Source of the DNA: Takakia lepidozioides
Taxonomy: Eukaryota > Plantae > Bryophyta
Assembly: GCA_030704615.1 (NCBI GenBank)
Contig: CM060733.1
Location: 69,502,001-69,566,000 of the forward strand
Length of the DNA: 64,000 nt
Reading direction: 5' to 3'
Under the pieces are notes generated by a model. That model had not been told where the DNA came from. It did not search any database and saw nothing but the letters and a program-made list of their open reading frames with translations. Position numbers and translations under genes: made by a program. Of this stretch, positions 12,836-23,719 are shown piece by piece (positions within the stretch are counted from its first letter, which is position 1; every line of letters begins with the position of its first letter).

Positions 12836-14109
12836 GTTGACAGTGACAGAGTAGAAGGTGTGCTCTGAACAGAGTGCAAGTACAAACAGAATGATGTCAG
12901 TGTTTGTATGTACATTGAGAAATTTGAAATGGAGCGGTCCTTGTCCACCACTTTCCAGGTGGCGCAGCTTTGGCCTTTAGCAAACGACATTCTTCTGGCA
13001 TTTTCCAACGGCAACTTACCTGTCGGAATCCGCGTAAATCCCTAACATTCCGACTGTTTGTTAGAAGTCTGCAACGACTTCACGGCAGTGCAACGTATCC
13101 TGCAGATAGACCCACGAAGTCTGTCGTAGCCGTTCAAAATGGAACCGGCAAGTCGGTGCATAATTGCCTTTGAGCACAAGGCCGCAAACCGCAAAAGAAC
13201 CCGCAAAAAATGTGCAGCCCACTTCATGATGTCTTCTTCGGAAATGAACCTGCCAGAAGTCTGCGCCGACTTCTGAAATGGTCTGACGGAATGTAGTTTT
13301 CGTGTAACGTGGACGCATGAAAACGGCAAGTTTGTGACGACTTCCGGCATTTTCTGACGAGAATCTGTCGAAATATGCCTAAATGGCCTGCCGGGACTCA
13401 GTTTTTAGGGGCAGGCATGAATATAACGTCCAAGTCGGTGCTGACTTGCCGGAAATGCACTCCCGGCGGCCGCGAAAGTCCAACTTCTGGCGGACTAACA
13501 GCAATGTCACCGGAAAGTTTGTGCCGACTTCCCGGAAAACCAACGGGCAGTCCGCACATGCAATGTCAGGCGTCGAGGCTGCCCTTAGATTTGGGAATAG
13601 ACCAGCCGGGAAGTTGTCACAGACTTCCCGGCAATTACCCATTTTCAGGCGAACATAATCCGGGAAGTCTGGGCAGACATCACCGGCAAGTCTGCACAAA
13701 CTTACTGCAAAATTCCACATTCAGGCGCTACGTGTGACGTTTTGCGGCACTGCACGTGTCGTGTGGTCACACGTTGGGGATTGAAGTGCCGGGAAGTCTG
13801 TGCAGACTTGCCGGAAATTGTGCGTTTTCAGGTGATGACTACGACCTTTCAGGCAGCGCACATGTCGATTAGGCACCCATTGGGGCCTACGATGTTAGTG
13901 GCGCATCCTCGAAATGCCTTCCAGAAGCGTTGCCGCGAAGCGACTTCCACCAAGCCGCCACTTTCTCGTCTTCCGCCAAACCGCCTCTTTGCTCCCGCAC
14001 CTGCTCCTTCGCTTCATCGCTCAGTCTGCCCACGCCTTCTGCCCCTCCGTGGATTGCAGCAGTACGTCGCAACGCTTTTGGAGAGGTGCTCCCGGTTTTT
14101 TCAGCAACC

Positions 14110-14413
14110 ATGGAGGCTATTGGTGAGGACGACCCCGACTTTCAGCTTGAGAGACCCTCGCAGAGACCCTCGCAGATGGTGCTAAGGACCCACACCATTG
14201 TTTCCAGTTCGCAGAGCAGCGAGCAGGCACGCGGGCGAGGGAAGGCGCGGGGGAACACCACGAAAGGGCAATCTAGATCTGCAGACGCCTCCGCCCCATC
14301 CTCCTCTCGGCAGCAGAAATCAGATCGCTCGCCCATGTCGGTATCAAACCGCTCGTCGCCGGGAGCAGGGAGCTCGCACAGGGGTCAGCATGCCAGGGGT
14401 CCAAGAGCGCCTG
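14110..14413 (+). pseudogene. 5' part of ParB-like TE gene exon, disrupted by the Gypsy insertion
   Basis: ATG at 14110. Removing 14414-26012 restores the frame ...PRAP-GVDVVLTAERR. Confidence 0.75.
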
Positions 14414-14500
14414 TGTCGTGCGCATACATATCGCTACACAACTACATCGCTGTCCAAACCACACCATACATATATGCACAATAAAGTAGTCTGCCACAAT
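14414..14500. repeat. Terminal repeat A (87 bp), outer copy
   Basis: Identical to 14850-14936. Confidence 0.95.
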
Positions 14501-14847
14501 GATAGAAATCCAACGAACACACTGTGACACAAAACATGAAAACCAAACCATCACTCTTAGAAAATAGTAGTCGAGCCAGGGGCACCCCAAGCTATGGGGA
14601 CTCCACCCCACAACAACCTGTACCCCTACATAAGCACACTCAAATCTAAACACATGCAGGAGCTCGGTCGCGCAGGCTCAACTCGAGAAAGATGAGCCGC
14701 GCGACTGCCGCTCTCGTGAAGATAAGACGGACCAGGTGTCAAACTAAACTTGACACCTGATTTAACACTTGACCTAAATCCAAGTGTTAAATACAAATAA
14801 CTAGTTTTATTCTAGCTGTTTTCACACTGTGCTTATTTAACTTGACA
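14500..14847. repeat. Terminal repeat B (348 bp), inner copy
   Basis: Identical to 25661-26008. Confidence 0.95.
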
Positions 14848-14849
14848 GC

Positions 14850-14936
14850 TGTCGTGCGCATACATATCGCTACACAACTACATCGCTGTCCAAACCACAC
14901 CATACATATATGCACAATAAAGTAGTCTGCCACAAT
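14850..14936. repeat. Terminal repeat A, inner copy
   Basis: Follows repeat B through a 2-nt GC linker (GACA-GC-TGTC). Confidence 0.95.
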
Positions 14937-14946
14937 CGCCCCCCTA
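14937..14946 (-). promoter_or_regulatory. Polypurine-tract-like sequence
   Basis: Minus strand reads TAGGGGGGCG immediately before the inner A' copy, downstream of the integrase stop. Confidence 0.6.
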
Positions 14947-15194
14947 GCTGGTGGATAGGTCCCTCTACCTCCAGATAGCTACAAGATGTAATAGCCACAG
15001 CCGTACTAAGTCCTCTATCACTGTCCCTATTGTACTCAAACTCTATAGACCAAGAGGCCGGGTACAAGAGTAGCCCCATCGTTAGTCGCCATCTTGCAAT
15101 CTGTGAACTTGAGCCAGGACCTCGTGTGTTCAAGGTCTCCTAGTAGCTGGGCCTTGCGTTGCTTGTTAGTCTCCCATGGTTGTATCCACTCCCA

Positions 15195-17010
15195 CTATCC
15201 AATGCATTGTGGACATAACCAATCCCCATCTGGAACCATCTCAAGAGGTGGAGTCAAGCACCCCATATGCCAACCTCTAGAGCATCGATCACACACCAGC
15301 ATGGTGGCTGCCCCTTTAGCAGACCCACACAACATGCACCTCAAACCTGCAGATACCACTGCCAGGTTTGGGTCAATCCTGCCATCGACATTCGGAAGGT
15401 GACATGGCGCACAATTACGCACATGGTCCTTCCAAGTTATGCCATCCCGACCCTCCAAGACCAAGACGCCTGAGGGCAAGACCTCTCGAACCCTCAAAAT
15501 AACACGTCCTGCAGTCACATCCAGGGTCGTAGGAGCAGTCTGCTGCAGATAGACATAGTCACCAGGGTTGAATCTCCGAACCCCAGGACGATAGCCCCCA
15601 CCACGTATGGTAGCATACCTCAACGTATCACGGTGTTGTGCAATGGCAAGGTTCTCGAAAGCCATGGGCATGACTCTCTTGAACAACTCTGCACGCTGCT
15701 CACATGCACGTGCCCACACGTCCGGATCGTCAAGGTTAAGAACTGTAGCAGCTTCTCTGCGAATGGATGTAGGCAAATCCGGCTCTCGGCCAAAGAGAAG
15801 AAAGTATGGTGAGAAGGAGGCAAGTGATGCTTGCTTGCTGAACCTGTAGCCCATGGCTAACCAGGGTAACTGAAGGTCCCAATCTCCTAGGTGTCCCTTC
15901 TGCAAGCCATACTTGCGCAAACCCCTCTTTACTGTCTGAACAACTCTCTCTGCCAAGCCATCGGCTTCAGGATGATCCCGAGAAGTGGTGCGGTGGTCTA
16001 TCAAGGCCTTGTCACACAAAGCCTGAAACTCCCCCAAGAACTCTCTCCCTTGGTCCGTGAGTACCTCAGCTGGAGCACCGAATCGGCTAAGCACACAATC
16101 CAGGAATGCATACGCAGCTCCCTCACTAGCCTTATCAGGCAATGGAACCAATTCAATCCACTTGGAGAAGTGCTCCACCATCACCAACACGTACTTGTTG
16201 TGGCGCATGGTCAGTGGCAACGGCCCTGCGAAGTCAAGACTCCACCTGTAGCCCAATCCCATGATCGGAAGAGGGTGCAATTGTGGAGTAGGGGCGTTGA
16301 ATGAAGCACGCACCCTGTCACACACCATGCACCTAGCCACAAATTGTTGCACCTCTGTGTGCATACCACGCCACCAATACTGCCCCTGCAGTAGACTATG
16401 AGTGCGTCGCACCCCAAAATGCCCCAACTCCTCATGGGCATGCCGCACTAACCGTGCCCGCTGTGTTGGGTGAGGCACAATCCTCACTCGACCATCCTCC
16501 CACACTCGGAGCAGGTGTGTCCCCTCCCACCTGAACCTCTTGGCTCGTTGTAGGATCCGATCCCTCTCCTTGGCAGTCATAGTGGCTGCCGTGTCTCCAC
16601 TGCGGAGGTAGTCCAACACAACTGAATCCTCATGTATATCTTTGGCGCCACCCTGCTCATTGCTGGCCTCAGGGTCCTCAGACACTTGATCTACAGTCAT
16701 CCCTGTTGTAGGTCCAACCTGGCCTTCCGCTGCCAAGATACACAGAAATGCAGATGCATGCCATCCGGGCACCATCTCCTCGTCCGTCTCACCATGCCAC
16801 CGAGCTCCAGTGTCATCCTGCTGGCTCGTGCATGGATTGCGACTCAACCCATCTGCATTTCGATTGACCAAACCCGGTCGATGCACCACCTGAAAGTCAT
16901 ACTCTTGAAGGATGAGTGCCCACCGTGCAAGCTTCCCCGTAAGCTTGTCTGACTCCATCAACCACTTGAGTGGTTGGTGATCCGTGACAAGGGTGAAGAG
17001 ATTGCCGTAT
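15195..17010 (-). CDS. RNase H C-terminus, DDE integrase and C-terminal PHD finger
   Basis: TDHQPL; HHCC (HEELGH...CMVC); DFAGP/TDQG/LAER catalytic triad; C4HC3 CMLC...CDRC...WHMGC...WLCPQC. Confidence 0.95.
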
Positions 17011-18330
17011 AATAGCACCTGAAGTGTGCCACGGCCCACACTGCAGCTAAGCATTCTCCCTCATATGAGCTATACTTAGACTCTGCAGCATTGTTCGAGC
17101 GGCTAGCATAAGCCACTACGAACTCTCTTCCCTCATCATCCACCTGTGTGAGCACCGCTCCAAGCCCCAGCATGCTCCAATCTGTATGCAGCTGAAAAGG
17201 ACGCCCCCTGATAGGTCGTCTCAAGATGGGCGCCGAGGTCAACCTCGCCTTGAGCTCTTGAAAAGCTTGTTCTTGCTCATCTTCCCACTGCCACTCCTGG
17301 TCCACCTTGGTCAGCTTGGTTAGAGCCTTTGCAATGGCACTAAATCCCTTAACAAACCGTCTGTAATAGTTTGCTAACCCCATGAAAGCTCGAACTCGGC
17401 TCACATCCGTGGGGCGTGGAACCTGTGCAATGGACTCTACCTTAGTCTGCTGTACCCCCAATCCTCCAGGATATATCATGTGACCCAGATACTCAATCTG
17501 GTTGTGGAAAAACTTGCACTTGCCCGGATGTAACTTCAATCCGTGCGTCCTCAAGCGCTCAAATACCCCCTGAAGGTGTCTCTCATGCTCCTCCACCGTA
17601 GCACTAAAGATGATGATGTCATCTATGTAGCACCGAGCAAACTCCACCCCTGCTAGAATCCTGTCCATGACTCTTTGAAACTCAGCGGGAGCGTTTTTAA
17701 GCCCAAATGGTAAGAACCGCCACTGGTATAGGCAATCCTTCCCGTGCTCATTGATCCCCCAGAATGCCGTCTTTTGCTTATCCGCCTCCTTGATCGGCAA
17801 CTGGTGATATCCGGATCGTAAATCCAACGTGCTAAAGACCTTGGAATGCCCAATGGCATCAAAGATCTCCTCTGGTGTTGGCATGGCATACCTATCGGAC
17901 TTGGTCTGACGATTTACAGGCCGGTAATCACCGCACATACGTCTCTCCGTCCAATTGCCATAGACATCCTTCTTAGCTGGCATCACTGTGGCTGAAGCAT
18001 ACTCTCCACCAGAGAGCTCCACCAAACCTGCCTCCCAGAGATCTTGAGTCCTCATCTGAATCAAAGACCTCTCCATGTCACTGTATCTATAGGGTCTCCG
18101 AAAGATTGGCGTGTCAGTGGCCAACTCAATACGGATCTCTTGACCCTTCAGTGCTCCCAAGTCCTTCAAACTGAAGGCAAAGCAATTCCTATAAGCCCTC
18201 AGGAACCGCCGTATACGTCGTCTCTCTCCTCCGGTGACAATGGGTCCAATGTCAGGCTCCCAATTGTCCTCCGTAACTGCAACCTTAAGTCCAGTGGGCT
18301 TAGAGGTAGAGGACCGTCCCGTGGTTGCTA
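17010..18330 (-). CDS. Reverse transcriptase and RNase H
   Basis: [38 protein letters not shown]. The frame is open upstream of the annotated start at 18169. Confidence 0.95.
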
Positions 18331-19494
18331 TGCTGCAACCTCTTGAGCAGTACCCCCTTCCTGCTCAGTCAATGACAAGGCCTCATCCTGCCCCATCATC
18401 TCATCATTGAGAACCTCCTCATCCCGAGAAGAATCCCCAACCTCATCCATCACAGCTGCCTTCGCTGCCAACTCCCTCTGAACCTCGAGCACCTCCCACA
18501 TGTGCCATGGATGTCTACACCTCGTGGTCCTCACCGGCTCGCCCCCACTCGCTGCCTGTACCGTCTCGGTAGGCAGAGAGACCGTCAAGGGAAGTGCACT
18601 CCGCACTCTACGTTGCTCAGCCATAGCCAAGCTGACAATCCAGGTCAAGCAATTGAGATCCATTGCTTGCCCCAACACCTGACGACGTGATGCCTCAGAA
18701 AGAGAAGGCACCGCCGTGGTCCCAGTGGAAAACCCCATAGCCCGCTCTCGCTCGTCGGCATTAGGCTCCACTAACTGCTGCAACTGAGCATCCCACAGGA
18801 GGCCAGGTCCACCATCCCGAAAAGCATGGGATCCTGGGAAGCTGAGCAGTGTAGGTAATGCTGCTCGTGGTTGACCCACCCTGTTGACCACTGCCAAAGG
18901 CGAACGGTCATCGTGTCTCACACGTTGAGACTGCCTTCCTGTGTCCAAAATGCCATCCACGGTGAGGTGTGCTGGCCGCTGCACCCCATCAAATGCACGC
19001 TTGAGCAGTGCGGGTGGCATCAAGTTAGTCCACCATAGTCGTGGACGATGAGCCCGTGACCCCACTGCAGCTGCATCCAGCAACACTGCTGACCCAAGCC
19101 ACGACCGGACTTGATGCACACTGGCCATCACCCTGGCCCGAGAATCACCCATCAGTGGTACATTCTCCAAGATGTATGCTGGAGATACAGCTTGATGAAG
19201 CTGCAAGCAGCGCAAAATCCGCACCATCTCCCAAAACAGACCCGTCCTCGAGTCTCGCAATCCATTGCCATGCCCGGCTGATGAATGCCCTTGGCAGGGC
19301 CAACCTGCCACTATCAGATCAATGGAGCCAACCTGCTCCAAATCTTGCGCCCCCAACAAGGAAATGTCTGCTGGCAAGGCTTGTTGGTATCCACGAACTG
19401 CAGACACAGGCAACAAGTCAGGGTACTGCTGTACCAACTGAGCCACATGGCGCAGTGAGACACGTCGTGCAGTCTCATCCCTCTCCACATACAA
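18328..19494 (-). CDS. C5-cytosine DNA methyltransferase domain within pol (motif I missing in this copy)
   Basis: Motif II YVERD; IV IDLIVAGWPCQGHS; V GLRDSRTGLF; VI ILENV; VIII AHRPRLWW; IX ERERAMGF; X VLGQAM. Confidence 0.92.
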   Translation of the reverse strand: MYVERDETARRVSLRHVAQLVQQYPDLLPVSAVRGYQQALPADISLLGAQDLEQVGSIDLIVAGWPCQGHSSAGHGNGLRDSRTGLFWEMVRILRCLQLHQAVSPAYILENVPLMGDSRARVMASVHQVRSWLGSAVLLDAAAVGSRAHRPRLWWTNLMPPALLKRAFDGVQRPAHLTVDGILDTGRQSQRVRHDDRSPLAVVNRVGQPRAALPTLLSFPGSHAFRDGGPGLLWDAQLQQLVEPNADERERAMGFSTGTTAVPSLSEASRRQVLGQAMDLNCLTWIVSLAMAEQRRVRSALPLTVSLPTETVQAASGGEPVRTTRCRHPWHMWEVLEVQRELAAKAAVMDEVGDSSRDEEVLNDEMMGQDEALSLTEQEGGTAQEVAA

Positions 19495-20270
19495 ATGCCT
19501 TCATCCGGCCGCTGCCACACAAGAGGTGTGGTGTCCAATGGCGACAACTGAGGTGGCCCTGGTGCAATCACCGCACTCTCCTCCTCTCTTGACGGTACAA
19601 AAGCTTCTTCCCAAGCTTGTTGCACCCGTCCATCAGCAGCTTGCTGCAAATCCTTGCTCGTACCCCACAACGGAGTGTGAGCAACCATGGCAGGCAACTC
19701 CGCCGTACCATGCATGTCATCCTGCTCTGCTGGAGGTGGCACATCCTCTGCATGGGCATTGCCTTCCAGCAACTCTCCAGGCCAACTAACGGCAGCTGTG
19801 AAGGCGGCTAGTGTTGGCATCTTGCCCCGCTGGGCAGCTGCAATACCCCCAATGAATGTCACAGGGAGCTGTGCACGGCGACCATCCCCTGACTGCCATC
19901 CAGGCCTGTAGGATGCTGACTCCTCCCAGAAATCCAGGGTGAAGCCCATGGGGTATAACACTGCCCCACCAACGAGGACATCGTAAGAGACCGCGTCTGT
20001 CACAATGGCCTTGGCTCGCATCACTGAGCCATCTACAGGATGATCCGGCTGCAGTCTAATAGCCAACTGATGTCGTGTCATGCCGCGAGCCTGCTCTGAT
20101 CCTCCCAGAGATGTCTGTATCTGGAAAGGACAAGGCTCCATATCCGCCTCCATGAGGCCCAAACCTGCAATAGCAGCTCTGCCCAACATCAGTGGCTGAG
20201 CTCCTGAGTCCAACAAGACCCGCAGTGGCCGGTACTTCTTGCCTGCCGGTCCACTCAAAGTGAAAATGCC
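19495..20270 (-). CDS. Aspartic protease
   Basis: VLLDSGA catalytic motif and YDVLVG. Confidence 0.85.
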
Positions 20271-22450
20271 TCCTGGTTGTCTAACAAGACAACTCCAGGT
20301 GTCACCATGGCGCGCTCAATGGCTGGCCTAGCTGGCAGCTCCGTCAACCTGGCAGCTGCAACTTGCCATGGCGCAGCCGTGGCAGTCTTGACCCTCAAAT
20401 CCGAGGATCCCTCTGCCACTACACCTTCCACTAACTCCGCAGAAGATGAAGTGACCTCCCCACTCTCACAGAGTGTTGCTGCTAGTCTGAACACTGCAGC
20501 TGGTCTCACCCCCGGCGTCGCAATCATTGTTGCCGAGAACAGTGGGGCCTGACACACAGAGGTGGCTACCCCCAATAACACACCGGCCGCACTAGCCTTG
20601 GCAGCAGGAGTCAATGCTGCACGTGTAGCTCTCCCCAATGGCATAATAACCTCCGCCTCGGTAACAGTCGGGCGAGAACTAGGTGCCATGGATGGCGTCG
20701 ACACAGTCTCCGCCAATGTGAATGACTGAGGAAGCCTTGCCTGACGGCTTGCCTCCCCACGCTGTGGATCCAATTCCACCTCTGCACCTCGTGGCTCAGG
20801 AACTCGTGCTGCTCCTCGAGTCACGGCTGCAGCAGACTCCACCTGCTCTAGTGGTAGTGCTGCTCCGCACATAAATCCCATGCCTCCCATATCTCCTCCC
20901 TCAGGAGCAGGAGGTGGACCATCCCGCCTGGGAGCCGGTACCGCCTGAGCTATAGCCATGGCAGCGAGCCTCTGCTCTAGCTGCTGAAGCCGGTTGGCCA
21001 TGCCTTGATCAACGCCCTGACCACCGCGTCCTTGGCCATGTTGAGCTTGCCCTTGGCCTGCACCTCGTGCCTGACCACCTTGTCCTCTCTGGGCTGGTCC
21101 ACCTCGCCCCCGGCCACCATTGTTCCCTTGGAACTGGCCTGGGCGCAACTCAGGATGCAAGTCATAACACTGGGCATCTCCATGCCCATACTTGCCACAA
21201 TGCACACACTGCAACTGTGCAGGCTGTGCTTGTGCTGGCCTTCTGCCACTCTCTGGGCAATCTCTCTTGACATGGGGTCCTCCACATGTCCAACATATCA
21301 CCCCTGGTTGCTGTTGGCCTGCAAAAGATGCCACGGGCCTCTGCACCTGAGGTCCCCTGTAAGCTCCATGGAACTTGGGCTGGGCAACCTTGCCCCCCTG
21401 ACCACGCTGTTGGGCAGTCCCTTGTGCCTGTGGGCTAACAGTTGTGCCCCGTACAGGCATGTCCTTGCCAAATCCAATTGTAACAACTCGCTCCTCCACC
21501 ATGTTGAGCTCAATCCGCTCAGCCAGTAGAAACACATCTGTTAATGTGGGTTGGGCTGCTTGTAACAGGGTTGCATCTCGCACCCTTCTCTTGAGCTCCT
21601 TGTCCAGAATTCCATACCAAAACTGGATTGCCTGAGCTTCAGTAACCCCTTGGGTCACACTTATCAAGCGCCTCATACGAGTGTACGCCTCTCGCAGGCT
21701 CTCACTGGGTTTGCGCTGGAAGTCTTGCAAACTTCGCAGCTTCTCTGTCCGTACACCTTGGTAGTTCCTCCGCAAATCCTGGAAGAACTCCACCACCGGG
21801 TTGAATCTAGGCACATGTGTTGTAGTCGTGGCAGGAGGAGTAGTAGCACCTTTTGAACTGGTACCACCTGCAGAAGTACCAGCACTACTTGCTCCACTAC
21901 TAGTGCTGGCAGTGGGAGCTATTGGTACTGATGTAGCTACTGGTCGCGTCGTGCCTCGAGTAATGGAGACGTAGTCAGGTGACCAATACATCCTCCACTC
22001 CTCAATCTCTGCTTCATGTCCTCGCCTGAACTCGTGGTAATCGTCCATAGGCGGGCCTTCCAAATGCTGGAACAGTCCCTTCCACGCCATGAATGGGGTG
22101 AATAGCTGTGGATTGCGCATCTGCTGCAAATCACACCAGCTGTCAAACTCCTGGATAAAGTCATCCAACTCAATTGTGCCCACAGCTCCAGAGTACCTAC
22201 GAGGCCCCTTGGTAGCTCCATACATCTCCTCCATGTCGTCCCACAACAATGGCGAATGAAAGTGCACACTTGTTGATGAAGCCTCCGAGTCTGTGTCTGA
22301 CTCTACAGTAATTGAAGGTGGCGGTGAAGGTGGTCTGAACCGAATACCTCGTCTTGTGAACCCACTCTCACTGTTACTGCCTGTAGCCGTACTCCCCTCA
22401 AAACCCTTGGGTAACTCCGTAATGACACTCACAATGTGCACCTCCTCCAC
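20255..22450 (-). CDS. Gag with two CCHC zinc knuckles
   Basis: Capsid-like FQRKPSESLREAYTRM; knuckles CWTCGGPHVKRDC and CVHCGKYGHGDAQC. Confidence 0.88.
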   Translation of the reverse strand: MEEVHIVSVITELPKGFEGSTATGSNSESGFTRRGIRFRPPSPPPSITVESDTDSEASSTSVHFHSPLLWDDMEEMYGATKGPRRYSGAVGTIELDDFIQEFDSWCDLQQMRNPQLFTPFMAWKGLFQHLEGPPMDDYHEFRRGHEAEIEEWRMYWSPDYVSITRGTTRPVATSVPIAPTASTSSGASSAGTSAGGTSSKGATTPPATTTTHVPRFNPVVEFFQDLRRNYQGVRTEKLRSLQDFQRKPSESLREAYTRMRRLISVTQGVTEAQAIQFWYGILDKELKRRVRDATLLQAAQPTLTDVFLLAERIELNMVEERVVTIGFGKDMPVRGTTVSPQAQGTAQQRGQGGKVAQPKFHGAYRGPQVQRPVASFAGQQQPGVICWTCGGPHVKRDCPESGRRPAQAQPAQLQCVHCGKYGHGDAQCYDLHPELRPGQFQGNNGGRGRGGPAQRGQGGQARGAGQGQAQHGQGRGGQGVDQGMANRLQQLEQRLAAMAIAQAVPAPRRDGPPPAPEGGDMGGMGFMCGAALPLEQVESAAAVTRGAARVPEPRGAEVELDPQRGEASRQARLPQSFTLAETVSTPSMAPSSRPTVTEAEVIMPLGRATRAALTPAAKASAAGVLLGVATSVCQAPLFSATMIATPGVRPAAVFRLAATLCESGEVTSSSAELVEGVVAEGSSDLRVKTATAAPWQVAAARLTELPARPAIERAMVTPGVVLLDNQEAFSL

Positions 22451-22969
22451 GTGACACTATAAGGCTCTAGTACTAATCTAATAGTGACACGGGTGGGCAC
22501 CTGTTGCAGATTAAGGGTCGTATCACAATGGCTCAGGGCACCTGCACCTGCATCCACCGCAAGAACTCCTATGGTTGGCTGGTCATCAACCCAGTCTCAC
22601 CATAGAAGAAACACTGGTGGTCTTGCTGGTCATCACTCCAGCCTCACCACCGACAACATACTCTAGGATTGACCGGTGATCAAATCCGGCCTAATCCCTA
22701 TGAAAGCAAGCGCCCACACAAAACCAACATGGCGCACAGTCAAGCATGCAGGTGTTGGGGGGGATCCAAACACAAGAAATCAAAACATCAACACCCCCAC
22801 ACCAAAATCCAGCTGCAATGCTGATCCTGCAGAATATCCCAGCCCAAAACCCCGGACTGACTGGCCTCCACCAAGAGAGGCTTTGGCAACTACGAGTACA
22901 AGATAATGAAAATAGTACAGAGATGGAGGGGAAGAATAGAAGTTCGCCCAAGCAAGATCTAATCCTGAT

Positions 22970-23719
22970 CTATGCTATCAACTTCCAGACTTCTCTCAAA
23001 GTGCCTCGCTCTGCGTGATGGTAAGGTGTAGGAGGTATATCTATGTCCAGAAACCTGCCACTAACCTTGTCCCAAGCTACAGTAGCTCGCTCTAACCAAC
23101 CCTCCCCCTCTTTCTGCCAGGTAGAGACAAAGCAATACTCCCCTATCTCCCGCTCACTGAACACTAAAGAAAACAAAGGTAGGGTCTGATAGTCTCTCAA
23201 CTCAAAAGCTTTGAGACGGTTGCGGGTGTCTTCATTGCGAATGACTGCATCGCCTTCAAACAGAACAAACTTGTCCTCGCTAATGAACCCCCGCTCGTGG
23301 TTGCCTTGTGCAGAGCGTGTCCGACTGCAACACTGTCTAATTGCACAAACTTGTGTAGCTCCTGCTCCTCTGCTCCAGTACACCACGGCCTTGTGACTGA
23401 ACACCTTGGTCCCCGGGGCTGTCTTTGGCTGTGTTCCAAGCCTAGCTTTCACCCACTTTGGTATTTCACCTACAGCTGCAGAACTGCTGGCTCCAACAGA
23501 GTTCTGACTGTCCAAGGCGATATTGAGGCCCTCAATGCCAACTACAGCAGTTTGTTGTCTACTGCTAATGCCTGACTCCCAGTATGCAATCAACTCGTCC
23601 AACTGTTCTCCACTCAAATCAGTCTGAGTTCCTTGGGAAACATAAATCTTGTCCCCTTTGGTGCACAGGCTAAGAGAAGAGACCTGCCCTTCAACGACGT
23701 CCTCATTTCCCCCAGCCAT
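22970..23719 (-). CDS. Additional 249-aa ORF of unknown function upstream of gag
   Basis: Intact ATG-initiated ORF (GTATGG context), co-oriented with gag, with globular-looking composition. Confidence 0.55.
   Translation of the reverse strand: MAGGNEDVVEGQVSSLSLCTKGDKIYVSQGTQTDLSGEQLDELIAYWESGISSRQQTAVVGIEGLNIALDSQNSVGASSSAAVGEIPKWVKARLGTQPKTAPGTKVFSHKAVVYWSRGAGATQVCAIRQCCSRTRSAQGNHERGFISEDKFVLFEGDAVIRNEDTRNRLKAFELRDYQTLPLFSLVFSEREIGEYCFVSTWQKEGEGWLERATVAWDKVSGRFLDIDIPPTPYHHAERGTLREVWKLIA

Larger units (their letters stand above)
4990..13815. repeat. Dispersed imperfect palindrome GGAAGTC(GGCACA/TGTGCC)GACTTCC, roughly 30-40 copies
   Basis: Copies near 5029, 5161, 6625, 6808, 7348, 8521, 9598, 9706, 11871, 11965, 12119, 13257, 13610 and 13793, in both orientations. 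Confidence 0.85.

Noticed and set aside
4990-13815. CRISPR-like array
   Set aside because: The repeats are irregularly spaced, degenerate and in both orientations, in a eukaryotic context with no cas genes.
14414-14847. Reading A+B as an ordinary solo LTR next to a truncated element
   Set aside because: A single TSD brackets 14414-26008, the host frame is restored only by removing the whole unit, and the PPT and PBS-position sequence abut the inner edges of A and B.
20255-20275. Programmed -1 ribosomal frameshift at gag-pro
   Set aside because: There is no canonical slippery heptamer, and a single G loss explains it more simply.
17641-21300. CpG depletion as a footprint of self-methylation
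   Set aside because: Hand counts in 300-bp samples (about 7 in gag, 15 in RT, versus 20 in chromovirus RT) are inconsistent and too small; a full observed/expected calculation is needed.
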